Shown here one piece after another: positions 1 through 11,694 of a DNA stretch of 35,052 nt (the first letter of the stretch is position 1; the number at the start of each line of letters is the position of its first letter). The notes beneath the pieces were generated by a model. The model did not search any database and was not told the DNA's origin. It saw only the letters and a program-made list of their open reading frames with translations. The position numbers and the translations under genes were made by a program. Source of the DNA: Pseudomonadota bacterium (lineage in GTDB: Bacteria > Pseudomonadota > Gammaproteobacteria > Pseudomonadales > JBCDEX01); contig JBCDEX010000003.1 of NCBI GenBank assembly GCA_039178995.1, positions 1-35,052 on the forward strand. The letters are read 5' to 3'.

Positions 1-38
1 ATGGCCTCTTTTTTTATTCAAGCTATGTTGGTGTGCGA

Positions 39-1316
39 TTAACGTTCGATGATCGCCGTTACGCCTTGACCACCAGCGGCACAGATTGAGATCAATCCGC
101 GGCCACTGCCTTTTTCTTCCAATAACTTCGCCAACGTCGCCACGATACGACCACCGGTTGCTGCGAATGGATGGCCCGCTGCCAAGCTGCTGCCGTTGAC
201 GTTGAGCTTGCTGCGATCGATTGAGCCAAGCGCTTTGTCTAAACCAAGACGGTTTTGACAGAACTCGTCGCTTTCCCATGCAGCCAATGTTGCCAATACC
301 TGCGATGCAAACGCTTCGTGAATTTCGTAGAAGTCGAAATCTTGCAGTGTCAATCCAGCGCGCTCCAACATGCGAGGCACAGCGTACGCCGGTGCCATTA
401 ACAAGCCTTCTTTTTTGTCTAAGAAATCAACCGCCGCGGTTTCACTGTGTGTGAAGTACGCACGGATATTCAAGTTGTTTTCTTTTGCCCACGCTTCGCT
501 CGCCAATAACACCGACGATGCACCGTCACACAATGCGGTGCTGTTGCCCGCCGTCATGGTGCCGTTTTTGCGATCAAACACGGGCTTGAGTGTGCTCAGC
601 TTTTCAAGTGTGCTTTCTGGACGCAATACGCCGTCACGCTCTAAGCCGTTGAATGGCGACACCAAATCATCAAAGAAGCCACGCTCGTAGGCTGCGTGCA
701 ATTTTTGATGGCTGTCGTACGCCAATTGATCTTGATCGGCGCGCGCGATGTTCCACTCGTGTGCCGTGATTTGCGCGTGCTCACCCATTGACATGCCGGT
801 GCGTGGCTCGCCGTTGGACGGCGTTAAAATCAGTTTTTTGAAGTTGATCTTAGTGAAGAGCTTCAAGCGATCTGTGATTGACTTGGCGCGGTTCACGTCG
901 AGTAACACGCGACGGTTGTGATCGCCCAGAGAGATGGGTGCGTCACTGGTGGTGTCGGTGCCGCCTGCGATGCCCGACTCGATTTGGCCCAAAGCGATTT
1001 TGTTGGCCACATACGTCACCGCTTGCAAGCCCGTTGCACACGCTTGCTGTAGATCGCATGCCGGTGTTTCAGGTGCTAAATCGGTGTCGAGAATCGCTTC
1101 TCGCGTGAGGTTAAAGTCGGCTGAGTGTTTTAATACGCCGCCCGCCACGACTTCACCAATGCGTTTGCCTTGCAGTTCGTAACGCTCTACCAAGCCTTGA
1201 ATGGCGCTGCCCAGCATGTCTTTGTTGCTGGCTTTTGAGTACTGTGCGTTTGAGCGCGTAAATGGAATGCGGTTGCCGCCGATGATGGCGACGCGATTGA
1301 TGGATGAATCGGACAT
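39..1316 (-). CDS. Acetyl-CoA C-acyltransferase (thiolase, FadI/FadA2-like)
   Basis: Thiolase motifs QQACATG (catalytic Cys), YEIHEAFA, GHPFAATG, ISICAAGGQG. Start moved from 1337 to ATG 1316, which has a GAGG RBS upstream. Confidence 0.93.
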   Translation of the reverse strand: MSDSSINRVAIIGGNRIPFTRSNAQYSKASNKDMLGSAIQGLVERYELQGKRIGEVVAGGVLKHSADFNLTREAILDTDLAPETPACDLQQACATGLQAVTYVANKIALGQIESGIAGGTDTTSDAPISLGDHNRRVLLDVNRAKSITDRLKLFTKINFKKLILTPSNGEPRTGMSMGEHAQITAHEWNIARADQDQLAYDSHQKLHAAYERGFFDDLVSPFNGLERDGVLRPESTLEKLSTLKPVFDRKNGTMTAGNSTALCDGASSVLLASEAWAKENNLNIRAYFTHSETAAVDFLDKKEGLLMAPAYAVPRMLERAGLTLQDFDFYEIHEAFASQVLATLAAWESDEFCQNRLGLDKALGSIDRSKLNVNGSSLAAGHPFAATGGRIVATLAKLLEEKGSGRGLISICAAGGQGVTAIIER

Positions 1317-1646
1317 GATGTAAGCCTCTGTTTTCAAATGTAAAAAATCAACGATAGTATGAATTTCGTTGACTGAATGACCTTGATTGTAGCGTGTTCA
1401 ACGATAAATGAACACAGATGGCGTAGTATGCGCTACCGTGCGACGTATGCCAGTATTTTGACTTATAATCGCTATCATTGCCGTTGATTTTTATCGCTTC
1501 AATAGTCTGTTATGTTGTGATCGCGTAGGAAGGGCAACGCACGTGCAATCAGGCCGATTTTTGAATCAGAGGCTTTTCATTTACAATGCGTGCATCAATT
1601 ATATGTCCAACCCTTATTTAACTCTAACTTACAGAAGTGAGCCGTC

Positions 1647-3065
1647 ATGTCAGATTTATATCATACGTTAGCCAACTCGCCATTCAGTGGCAAATTGTTC
1701 TCAATGTTGGGACTCCCTCAACCGGTTAATTTAGAGCGCTGGAAGGCCGACTCGCAGAGTTTCATCGAAGGCGATGTGTTGGTGGGTTGTGCGCCAAACA
1801 GCTTGTTTTTAGACGCGGTGGCTCAGCAATTTGTGGGTTCGGATGCGACGGTTAATTTTGCCATCGAAGCGGGCAATCGAGATTTTATGGTCAGCGCGTT
1901 TGAAGCCGCTGGCGTGTCAGCGGTTGCGTCGAATGTCACCGAATCGAAAAAATACAAAGGCTTGGTGTTTGATGCCTCGGGCATTCAGACATCGGACGAG
2001 TTGATCGAGCTGCATCGGTTCTTCCACCCAGTCATTCGCAAGATGAAAACGTCTGGACGCATCGTGGTCATTGGCTTGACGCCAGAGTTGTGTGAGTCGA
2101 GCAAGCAGCACACGGCCATGCGTGCCTTGGAAGGCTTTGTGCGTTCCATGGGTAAAGAAGTGAAGAAAGGCGTCGCGGTTCAGTTGGTGTACGCCAGTTC
2201 AACGGCGGCTGCGAGTTCGTTAGCGGGCCCGATCCGTTTCTTTTTATCGCCGAAAGCGGCGTATGTGTCTGCGCAAGTGATTCGCGTGGGTGAAGCGGAC
2301 GCAGTGGGCAGCGACTTTGATTGGAACCAACCGTTGGCGGGCAAAACGGCCTTGGTCACAGGTGCCGCGCGTGGCATCGGTAAGTCGATTGCAGAGACCT
2401 TGAGCCGCGATGGCGCGAAGGTCATTGTGTTGGACATTCCGCAAGTGGAAATTGAATTAGAGCAAACCGCAGCCAGCGTCAGCGGGACTGCGTTTGTCGG
2501 CGATGTGACGGCAGCGGACACGCCGCAGCGCTTGGTTGAACTGTTCAAAGGTGAGTTCTCAGGTGTGGACATCGTGGTGCACAACGCCGGTGTAACGCGC
2601 GATAAAACGTTGGGCGGCATGCCAAGCAAATTATGGAACATGGTCATCGACATTAACTTGAGCTCGGAAGAGCGCATCAACGACGCGTTGTTGGAAGCGG
2701 GTGTGATCAATCAAGGCGGACGCATCATCGGTGTGTCGTCGATGGCAGGTATCGCGGGTAACTTCGGACAAACCAACTACGCGTGCTCCAAAGCCGGTGT
2801 GGTCGGCATGGTCAACAGTTTGGCGCAGCCATTGAAAGAGAAGGGCATTACCATCAATGCGGTGGCGCCTGGGTTCATCGAAACGCAAATGACCGCAGCC
2901 ATTCCTGTGACCATTCGTGAAGTGGGGCGTCGTCTTAACTCCATGTCACAAGGTGGTAAGCCAGTTGACGTGGCGGAAGGCATCGCGTTTTTTGCCAGCC
3001 CAGCAGCGAGCGGTGTGACAGGCAACACCATGCGTGTGTGTGGTCAAAGCTTGCTAGGCGCGTAA
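1647..3065 (+). CDS. fabG: High-molecular-weight 3-oxoacyl-ACP/CoA reductase (FabG4-type SDR)
   Basis: C-terminal SDR domain with TGAARGIG, HNAGVTRD, YACSK, NAVAPGFIET; extra ~230-aa N-terminal domain typical of FabG4; divergent from the thiolase. Confidence 0.9.
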   Translation: MSDLYHTLANSPFSGKLFSMLGLPQPVNLERWKADSQSFIEGDVLVGCAPNSLFLDAVAQQFVGSDATVNFAIEAGNRDFMVSAFEAAGVSAVASNVTESKKYKGLVFDASGIQTSDELIELHRFFHPVIRKMKTSGRIVVIGLTPELCESSKQHTAMRALEGFVRSMGKEVKKGVAVQLVYASSTAAASSLAGPIRFFLSPKAAYVSAQVIRVGEADAVGSDFDWNQPLAGKTALVTGAARGIGKSIAETLSRDGAKVIVLDIPQVEIELEQTAASVSGTAFVGDVTAADTPQRLVELFKGEFSGVDIVVHNAGVTRDKTLGGMPSKLWNMVIDINLSSEERINDALLEAGVINQGGRIIGVSSMAGIAGNFGQTNYACSKAGVVGMVNSLAQPLKEKGITINAVAPGFIETQMTAAIPVTIREVGRRLNSMSQGGKPVDVAEGIAFFASPAASGVTGNTMRVCGQSLLGA

Positions 3066-3111
3066 TGGCTCATCAAATTGAGCGTGTTGTTAATCAGTTG
3101 GAGAATGTGTT

Positions 3112-3978
3112 GTGCCATTGAATAAAGAGTTTACTAAAATGCCAGCGATGTTGCCGTTACTGGCGAAAGCCGCTATTTCGCGTGGCAGTGGAGCGAAAGA
3201 GCTGCCCGCTCTGACGCGTTCAATTCGCGATGTGGGCATCCATGCGCAGCACTTAAAAGCGTATAATGCGGTGTGTGGTTTTAACAACACTGCGATCATT
3301 CCGCCGACGTATTTATTCATCTGCGCGCAGCCGTTGTTCATGGACATCATGCTGGATAAGACTTTCCCATTTAAGGTGTTGGGTTTGGTGCATGTGCGCA
3401 ATCAAATCACGCAGCATCGCCCAGTGCGCTGTTCTGAGCGTTACGATGTCGACTGTGCATTGCAAAACCTGCAAGCCGTAGACAAAGGCTATGAGTTTGA
3501 TATCGTGTGCGACGTGAGCGTCAGCGGTGAGGTGGTGTGGTCGTGTGTGATGACAACCATTGTGCGCACCAAGTCGAGCGGTTCGGGCACGAAAGAGAAG
3601 AAAGCCATTGAGGCCATGGACTGGAGCGATTGGACGACGCAGCCATTTAAAGCACCCGCCGACATTGGTCGTCGTTATGCTAAGATATCGGGCGATTACA
3701 ACCCCATCCATTTGTATCCGTTAACGGCAAAATTATTGGGCTTTCCGAAAGCCATTGCGCACGGGATGTGGATGAAAGCGAAATTGTTGTCTATGCTGCC
3801 AGAGGGTTATGACGGCAAGCACAATGTGGTCATTGATGTGGCGTTTAAATTACCGAATTTGTTGCCAGCGACGTTGGATTTGCACACACGTGAAGTCGAC
3901 GGAGTACACGGCGCTTGGTTGCGTACACGTAAGGGCGATAAACCCATTGTACAAATGAGTGTGACACAGAAAGGGTAA
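3112..3978 (+). CDS. MaoC-family double-hotdog acyl dehydratase (HtdX-like)
   Basis: Hydratase-2 motif YAKISGDYNPIH...AIAHGMW and GLVHVRN; GGAG RBS before the GTG start; follows the FabG4-like gene. Confidence 0.88.
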   Translation: MPLNKEFTKMPAMLPLLAKAAISRGSGAKELPALTRSIRDVGIHAQHLKAYNAVCGFNNTAIIPPTYLFICAQPLFMDIMLDKTFPFKVLGLVHVRNQITQHRPVRCSERYDVDCALQNLQAVDKGYEFDIVCDVSVSGEVVWSCVMTTIVRTKSSGSGTKEKKAIEAMDWSDWTTQPFKAPADIGRRYAKISGDYNPIHLYPLTAKLLGFPKAIAHGMWMKAKLLSMLPEGYDGKHNVVIDVAFKLPNLLPATLDLHTREVDGVHGAWLRTRKGDKPIVQMSVTQKG

Positions 3979-4025
3979 GCGGTTGCGCTGACTGGGCTGT
4001 GTTAAATTTTTAAAAAGGATTGATT

Positions 4026-4412
4026 ATGAGTCAAATATTAGACGAATTGAAATACTGCACCACCCATGAATGGGTGAGTGTTGAAGACGGCGTGGCAACG
4101 GTGGGTATCTCTGACCATGCACAAGAAGCCTTAGGCGATGTGGTGTTTGTTGAATTGCCCGCTGTGGGTGACGAAGTGGACGCGACACAAGAAGTGGCTG
4201 TGGTCGAATCGGTGAAAGCGGCGTCGGATATTTATGCGCCGGTGAGTGGCGAGATCATCGCAGTGAACGCAGAGTTAGAAGACGAGCCCGAAACTGTGAA
4301 TTCGTCACCGTATGGCGACGGTTGGTTTTTTAAAATCAAACTGTCAGACGAGTCGGAGTTGGATAACTTATTGTCGGGCGACGAGTACGTATCGGGTTTA
4401 GGCGACGAATAA
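4026..4412 (+). CDS. gcvH: Glycine cleavage system H protein (lipoyl carrier)
   Basis: [35 protein letters not shown] (lipoyl Lys), PYGDGWFFK; AAGGA RBS before ATG 4026. Confidence 0.96.
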   Translation: MSQILDELKYCTTHEWVSVEDGVATVGISDHAQEALGDVVFVELPAVGDEVDATQEVAVVESVKAASDIYAPVSGEIIAVNAELEDEPETVNSSPYGDGWFFKIKLSDESELDNLLSGDEYVSGLGDE

Positions 4413-4430
4413 GTCGCGTTAAACGTACTG

Positions 4431-4463
4431 AAACGGCTGCACTTTATATGCGGCCGTTTTTGT
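4431..4463. terminator. Intrinsic terminator after gcvH, possibly bidirectional
   Basis: AAACGGCTGCA-ctttata-TGCGGCCGTTT hairpin running into TTTTT, between convergent genes. Confidence 0.75.
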
Positions 4464-4475
4464 TATTCGTCATGA

Positions 4476-5141
4476 TTATCCGTCGTTGCGTAAGTCTAAG
4501 ATAGGCCACGATTTGTTGAGCGCGATGTCACGCAAGGTGTCATCTGGATTAACCGCCACAGGGTGATCCACCAGTTCTAACAATGGCAAGTCGTTGTGCG
4601 AGTCACTGTAAAAATAACTGTCCGTTAAGCTGTGCTCCGGGTGCTGTTCCAGCCATCCGCGTAGGTGCGTGATTTTCCCTTCTTGAAAGCACGGTGGATA
4701 CACCACGTTGCCGCTGTATTTCGTACCGTCAAATTCTGGTTCCGTCGCGAGAATGTCGTCGACGTTGAGTAAGCGCGCAATCGGCTCGGTGATGAATCGA
4801 TTGGTGGCGGTGATGATCAGTAAAGTGTCGCCTTTGTGTTTATGGTCCGCCAATAAATCCGCCGCTTTGGTGAGCATAATGGGCTGAATGCGTTCTTCCA
4901 TAAACTGTGCATGTAGGGCGTTGAGTCGCTCAAGGCTGAACTGCGTCAAGGGCTGCAAACTGAAGCTGAGAAAATTATCCATGTTCAAACAACCGTTTTG
5001 ATAATCTTCGAAAAACTGATCGTTGGCTTGTTTGTATGCAACCACGTCCACCAGTTCGTGGGCGACTAAAAATTCACCCCATTCGTGATCGCTGTCACCG
5101 CCCAGTAAGGTGTTGTCTAAGTCAAAAATTGCAAGTGCCAT
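4476..5141 (-). CDS. HAD-IB family hydrolase, probable histidinol-phosphate phosphatase
   Basis: Motif I FDLDNT, motif II ITATN, motif IV YSDSHNDLPLL. Start set at MALAIF (5141). The divergent position next to rppH matches the Pseudomonas PA0335-type enzyme as I recall it. Confidence 0.85.
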   Translation of the reverse strand: MALAIFDLDNTLLGGDSDHEWGEFLVAHELVDVVAYKQANDQFFEDYQNGCLNMDNFLSFSLQPLTQFSLERLNALHAQFMEERIQPIMLTKAADLLADHKHKGDTLLIITATNRFITEPIARLLNVDDILATEPEFDGTKYSGNVVYPPCFQEGKITHLRGWLEQHPEHSLTDSYFYSDSHNDLPLLELVDHPVAVNPDDTLRDIALNKSWPILDLRNDG

Positions 5142-5256
5142 GCGAGTGTTGTCCGTTGGTAAACGCCGTACTGTGAGAAAGCGTAGAATGTGATGGAAAT
5201 TTAACGATGAAACAAGTATAACATAAGGATGAAAGAGACGAATTGGATGTGTGAAC

Positions 5257-5751
5257 GTGATCGATGAAAATGGCTTTCGAGCAAATGTGGGGATGGTGGT
5301 GTGCAATCAGCAAGGCCAGCTGTTATGGGCAAAGCGTGTTGGTAATTCTACGGCATGGCAGTTTCCTCAAGGTGGTATTAAGCAAGGGGAAACGCCCAAG
5401 CAAGCGCTGTATCGAGAGTTAAAAGAAGAAGTGGGTTTGTCGCCTGACGACGTAACCGTTTTAGCTCAAACAAACGACTGGCTGACCTATCATTTGCCCA
5501 AACAATTTCAGCGCAAAAACACCACGCCATTGTGCATCGGTCAAAAACAGCAATGGTTTTTATTGTTGTTGGAGTCAGACGATTCAGCCATTGAATTGAT
5601 CCCCGAAGATCCCAAAGCAGAACGTGAATTCATCGAATGGTGTTGGGTCGATTACTGGTATCCGGTGAAGCAAATCATTTCATTCAAGAAAGACGTGTAT
5701 CAGCAGTTTTTAAGTGAGTTTGAAGCGACTCACATCGCACGCTTCAGTTAA
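5257..5751 (+). CDS. rppH: RNA pyrophosphohydrolase
   Basis: IDENGFRANVG, WQFPQGG, Nudix box GETPKQALYRELKEEVGL, CIGQKQQWF, YWYP...FKKDVY. Start at GTG 5257 or 5251. Confidence 0.95.
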   Translation: MIDENGFRANVGMVVCNQQGQLLWAKRVGNSTAWQFPQGGIKQGETPKQALYRELKEEVGLSPDDVTVLAQTNDWLTYHLPKQFQRKNTTPLCIGQKQQWFLLLLESDDSAIELIPEDPKAEREFIEWCWVDYWYPVKQIISFKKDVYQQFLSEFEATHIARFS

Positions 5752-6182
5752 CCTTTGGTGAGCAAGTGCGCTCGTGCTTCTGCGATGGGCTCTTGCTGAT
5801 GCGTTTGCCACGAAGTGACGGATACGTTGATCACTTGTCGACCACGGCGCACCACCTTGCATTGCGCGTAGGTGTCTACGTCTTTTCCAGCACGTAAATA
5901 ATCCAATGAAAAGTCGATGGTTTTTGGGCAGTTGTCCAAATCAAACTGCGTCAGTACGTGCAGTAACGCCGCGTTTTCCATAAAGCCACCAATGGCGCCG
6001 CCGTGAATGGCTGGGAGCATGGGGTTGCCAATGTTGTTTGGGTTCGCAGGCAGTACAAAGACCAACTCGTTGCCCAGCGACACGCCTCTGATGCCAAGTA
6101 ATTTACTGTAGGGAATTAATTCGAGTAAGGTGTCAAAATCTTTGTTGGCGTACGATTCTTTTGCCGCGTGTATAAAGTCCAT
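5748..6182 (-). CDS. PaaI-family (hotdog) thioesterase
   Basis: IGNP..PAIHGGAIGGFME and KTIDFSLDYLRAG; GGAG RBS 6 nt before ATG 6182. Confidence 0.88.
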   Translation of the reverse strand: MDFIHAAKESYANKDFDTLLELIPYSKLLGIRGVSLGNELVFVLPANPNNIGNPMLPAIHGGAIGGFMENAALLHVLTQFDLDNCPKTIDFSLDYLRAGKDVDTYAQCKVVRRGRQVINVSVTSWQTHQQEPIAEARAHLLTKG

Positions 6183-6191
6183 CACTGACTC

Positions 6192-6647
6192 CTAGTCTAT
6201 TTTTGGTTTCATGCGCATAAACGTAGCGGTGCAATGCGCAATGGGCGTGTCTTGCTCGCCTTCATGATAGGCGATGCCGCGAACAAAAATTACATTGTTG
6301 GTCACGCGATACGTTTCAGCGGATCCAATGACCGCTTTATCGGGAGTGGCCGCTTGCATGTAATCGATGCGTAAGTCCAAGGTGGGGCACACGCCGGAAC
6401 TGATGTGCGCCACCGATGAGATGGCGGCAAATCCGCACGCGTTATCCAATAAGGTGGTCAGTGCGCCGCCGTGAATTACGCCGGTGTCGGGGTTGCCAAC
6501 AATGTCACTTGAGTACGGCAGTGACAGCGTTAATTTTCCAACGTCGAAATCGACCACGCTGATGTTCAGTAATTTGTTGTGTGCCAATCCGGAAACGAGT
6601 TCACCAAGAAAGGCCAAGATCTCTTCCGTGCTGTGTGTGTTACTCAT
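6192..6647 (-). CDS. PaaI-family (hotdog) thioesterase
   Basis: VGNPDTGVIHGGALTTLLD and PTLDLRIDYM motifs. Confidence 0.9.
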   Translation of the reverse strand: MSNTHSTEEILAFLGELVSGLAHNKLLNISVVDFDVGKLTLSLPYSSDIVGNPDTGVIHGGALTTLLDNACGFAAISSVAHISSGVCPTLDLRIDYMQAATPDKAVIGSAETYRVTNNVIFVRGIAYHEGEQDTPIAHCTATFMRMKPKID

Positions 6648-6666
6648 GATGTGAGTCCGTTATGAA

Positions 6667-7479
6667 TCAATGTGAGTGCCAAAACGGTGTGCCTAATACC
6701 GGCGTACTCGGTTTGGCTTGCGTACGTTCGATCACTGTTCCTGCTAAGTAAGCCAGTCTACCCGCTTCTATACTGTGTGCAAAGGCTTTTGCCATCCAGA
6801 TGGGATTGTGCGCTTCCGCAACAGCTGTGTTGAGCAGCACAGCATCGTAACCCAGCTCCATTGCGTGGGTGGCGTGTGACGGTCGCCCGATGCCCGCATC
6901 CACAATCAAAGGCACGTCAGTTAAGCGTGCGCGCAATGTCACCAATGCGGTCGGATTGAGCAAACCTTGACCGGTTCCGATGGGAGAGCCCCATGGCATC
7001 AGAACTTCGCATCCTGCATCCAATAACCGTTGGCAGACGACTAAATCATCGGTGCAATAGGGGAATACTTTAAAGCCGAGTTGTGTGAGTTCGGTTGCGG
7101 CAGTCACCAGTTCATACACATCGGGTTGCAAGTTGTAATCGTCGCCGATGACTTCCAATTTAATCCAATCGGTGCTGAACAGTTCACGTGACATTTGAGC
7201 TAAGGCAATCGCTTCTTTGGCGGTGTGGCAGCCTGCAGTGTTTGGCAACAGTTTCACATTGTGCTGCTGTATTAAATTCCAAAAGTTACGACCGCTGTCG
7301 CTTTCGGGTTGTTGTCGTCGCAATGACACGGTGATGATGTTGGTGCCAGATGCTGTGATCGCCTGTTGCATCACCTCAGGTGAGGGGTACAGAGCCGTTC
7401 CCAATAAGAATCGGCTGCTGACGGTTTCGCCATACAATTGCAGTGCGTCGTCAGGCGTGGATGGGTGGCTTGAAGTCAT
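6667..7479 (-). CDS. thiG: Thiazole synthase
   Basis: [23 protein letters not shown] (Schiff-base Lys), [21 protein letters not shown]. Confidence 0.96.
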   Translation of the reverse strand: MTSSHPSTPDDALQLYGETVSSRFLLGTALYPSPEVMQQAITASGTNIITVSLRRQQPESDSGRNFWNLIQQHNVKLLPNTAGCHTAKEAIALAQMSRELFSTDWIKLEVIGDDYNLQPDVYELVTAATELTQLGFKVFPYCTDDLVVCQRLLDAGCEVLMPWGSPIGTGQGLLNPTALVTLRARLTDVPLIVDAGIGRPSHATHAMELGYDAVLLNTAVAEAHNPIWMAKAFAHSIEAGRLAYLAGTVIERTQAKPSTPVLGTPFWHSH

Positions 7480-7482
7480 GTG

Positions 7483-7689
7483 TTAGCCTCCTTGTACAGG
7501 CGACAACGCGTCGATGGTGTCGTTGTCTTGAATGATGTGTTGCGCGTGTTGGTCACGTGGTACAAATACTTGGTTGATGGCGATGGCCACCAGGCTCGAA
7601 TCAACGTCCAATTGACTTAACAGATCCGTAATGGATGTGCCGTGTGCAACGTTGCGTGATTCGCCGTTCAGTGAAATGGTGATGGTCAT
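7483..7689 (-). CDS. thiS: Sulfur carrier protein ThiS
   Basis: 68-aa ubiquitin-like protein with LNGE and AIAINQVFVPR, ending in GG; between thiO and thiG. Confidence 0.95.
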   Translation of the reverse strand: MTITISLNGESRNVAHGTSITDLLSQLDVDSSLVAIAINQVFVPRDQHAQHIIQDNDTIDALSPVQGG

Positions 7690-7698
7690 AAAGCGCCC

Positions 7699-8811
7699 TT
7701 AATGTAAATGAGAGTGACAGCGGCTTGCCCACACCAAGTCGTGAGGCTGCGCGGTTGGATTGGTCAACAAGGTGAGCGCGTCAGCGGCCACGACCGGTGC
7801 AAGTAAGTAGCCGTGTCGATACAAACCGTTGACGCTCATCAAACCAGGTTGGTGTTGAATGCGCGGTAAATTGTCGGGATACGCAGGTCGAATACGGGCG
7901 TAGCTGCCGATGATTTCCGCTTCTGCAAACTGACTGGATACACTGAACAACGCTGACAATAACTCCAAACTGGAGCGTACGGTGATGCGTTTGGTGTGAT
8001 TGCTTTCAATATCAGTTGCGCCACAGGCAAAAACGTTGTTCGCGTGCGGCGCGATGTACAACTGATAGCGCGGATGCATCAGGCGAACTGCATGTTCGAG
8101 TGCGACATCGGGCGCATGTACCCAGATGATTTCACCGCGCACACCGCGCAAATCAGGTTGCTGTGTTTCCGCGCCGAAACCACGACAGTCCACGACGGTG
8201 TCGTACGTTGCGTGTTGAACGGTGTCGTGCTGACGATGGGTGAATGCGATGCGATGCGGTTGGACTGAGTCAACGTGTGTCTCGGTATGCCATGTCAGAT
8301 TCGGGTGCGCGTCTAAGGCGATGCGCAATGCGGTGAGCAGTTGTCGATTGTCGATGCACGCTTCGGATGGAATGTGTACAGCAGAAGAAAATTGTTCGGC
8401 GAGCGTCGGTGCGGTCTGCGCTAACGTGGCGGCATCCAATTCACTGAACGCATATTGTGTGTCCGAGTTGGCGCGTAGGTGGGCAGTAAATTGTGTGAGA
8501 TACGCGTGGTCGGGCGTGTGCGCTACGACCATCGTGCCCGAGCGATAATAATTGATTGGCTGCTGCGTGGCTTGCGTCAGCTTAGCCAGTAATGCAGGCC
8601 AGCGTTGCAGGCTGTCGTTCCCCATGGCGAGCACGTCGGGTGCTTTCACAGACTCGCTGATGGGCGCGAGCATCGCTGCAGCAACCCACGCTGCGCTCTG
8701 CTGTGCCTCGGGCGTGTCGTGATCATAGAGGTCCACCGACAGGCCGTGATTGAGTGCTTGCCATGCAAGCAGTCGCCCAATAAGTCCAGCGCCGGAAATT
8801 GCAATCGTCAT
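7699..8811 (-). CDS. thiO: Glycine oxidase ThiO (FAD-dependent)
   Basis: GAGLIG, AAAMLAP, LRGVRGE, RIRPAYPDNLP, NGLYRHGYLLAP; inside the thi operon. Confidence 0.92.
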   Translation of the reverse strand: MTIAISGAGLIGRLLAWQALNHGLSVDLYDHDTPEAQQSAAWVAAAMLAPISESVKAPDVLAMGNDSLQRWPALLAKLTQATQQPINYYRSGTMVVAHTPDHAYLTQFTAHLRANSDTQYAFSELDAATLAQTAPTLAEQFSSAVHIPSEACIDNRQLLTALRIALDAHPNLTWHTETHVDSVQPHRIAFTHRQHDTVQHATYDTVVDCRGFGAETQQPDLRGVRGEIIWVHAPDVALEHAVRLMHPRYQLYIAPHANNVFACGATDIESNHTKRITVRSSLELLSALFSVSSQFAEAEIIGSYARIRPAYPDNLPRIQHQPGLMSVNGLYRHGYLLAPVVAADALTLLTNPTAQPHDLVWASRCHSHLH

Positions 8812-8850
8812 GGTCGGCCTTTTGTCTGCGATGACATGAGCGTGCTCATG

Positions 8851-10893
<2,043 letters not shown>

Positions 10894-10929
10894 TCATTCG
10901 ATGAATGATGTCATTGAATGAGCGATCGC

Positions 10930-11025
10930 TTCGATTCCCTACGCAGGTGCTGGCCTAATCAGGTTCAACGGGTTCACAGATGTGTCTCAGCCTACGCTCA
11001 GTTGCGTGACGGCACCCCGACAAAG
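10930..11025 (-). ncRNA. TPP riboswitch (THI element)
   Basis: Minus strand reads GGGGTGCC...GGCTGAGA...ACCCGTTGAACCTGATTAGG..CCTGCGTAGGGAA, matching the THI-box, upstream of thiC. Boundaries approximate. Confidence 0.95.
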
Positions 11026-11034
11026 TCAGTTTTT

Positions 11035-11063
11035 AGTGTAAGATTTATTGAGAATGGGTACAA
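11035..11063 (-). promoter_or_regulatory. Putative sigma70 promoter of the thi operon
   Basis: Minus strand TTGTAC-N17-TACACT immediately upstream of the riboswitch. Confidence 0.65.
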
Positions 11064-11130
11064 GCGATAAATTGCGCGATGCGCTCAATTCAATAATGGG
11101 ATTGTTGCTGAAAGCACAGGCGAGTTTGAT

Positions 11131-11694
11131 TTACAGCGTGGAGCTGCCTTTGCTGTTTTTTACGTAGCGTTTGGATGAAGGCGTTGCGACGTTGTCGGCG
11201 ACGCTCAACAGCTGCGCTTTAATGCTGACATTCAGGTCATGTAATCGATCAAAGTTGACGTCGAACACTAAGTGATTGCCTTTCTTCTTTAAGTAGATGT
11301 GGCCTGATGAATCAAACAGACGTTTTGAGTCAACGATTTGGATCGCGTTGGTCTTTAAGAAGGCAAGTTCTTTGGCAATGAATGGGTTTAAGTGTTTATT
11401 GGGGATGATCACTTCACAACGTTCAAGATCAGACGTGTTTGAGAATGAGTGCGTTTGCACGCGCTTGCCTTTAATGACTTGTTTGCTCAATTTCATTAAA
11501 TGTTTTCTTGCTGGGTTGCCACCTAAGAAGCACACATCTAAGGTGTCGGACGCGGTGTCTTTCCAGTCAGCGAAATACAGAAATTTATGCACGTAGGCAA
11601 TCTTCACATCATCGTATGATGTGACCGCGAGTGACAGCTGCGCGCTCATGCCAAGTAATACCAGCATGAGCGTCTTGAGCGTAGTGCGAATCAT
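11131..11694 (-). CDS. YfiR/DUF4154-family periplasmic protein
   Basis: Signal peptide; VKIAYVHKFLYFADW, VCFLGGNP, second Cys (CEVI), LVFDVN...IKAQLLSVA, all typical of YfiR/HmsC. Confidence 0.8.
   Translation of the reverse strand: MIRTTLKTLMLVLLGMSAQLSLAVTSYDDVKIAYVHKFLYFADWKDTASDTLDVCFLGGNPARKHLMKLSKQVIKGKRVQTHSFSNTSDLERCEVIIPNKHLNPFIAKELAFLKTNAIQIVDSKRLFDSSGHIYLKKKGNHLVFDVNFDRLHDLNVSIKAQLLSVADNVATPSSKRYVKNSKGSSTL

Noticed and set aside
1-38. GGCCTC followed by a T-run at the left edge
   Set aside because: May be half of a terminator, but the other arm lies outside the window.
2180-2710. 176-aa antisense ORF in fabG, and similar ORFs inside thiC, mutL, waaA and parE
   Set aside because: Codon-bias shadows nested in secure genes.
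5142-5306. 55-aa N-terminal extension of the HAD hydrolase
   Set aside because: Overlaps the rppH start and promoter; the family starts at MALAIFDLD.
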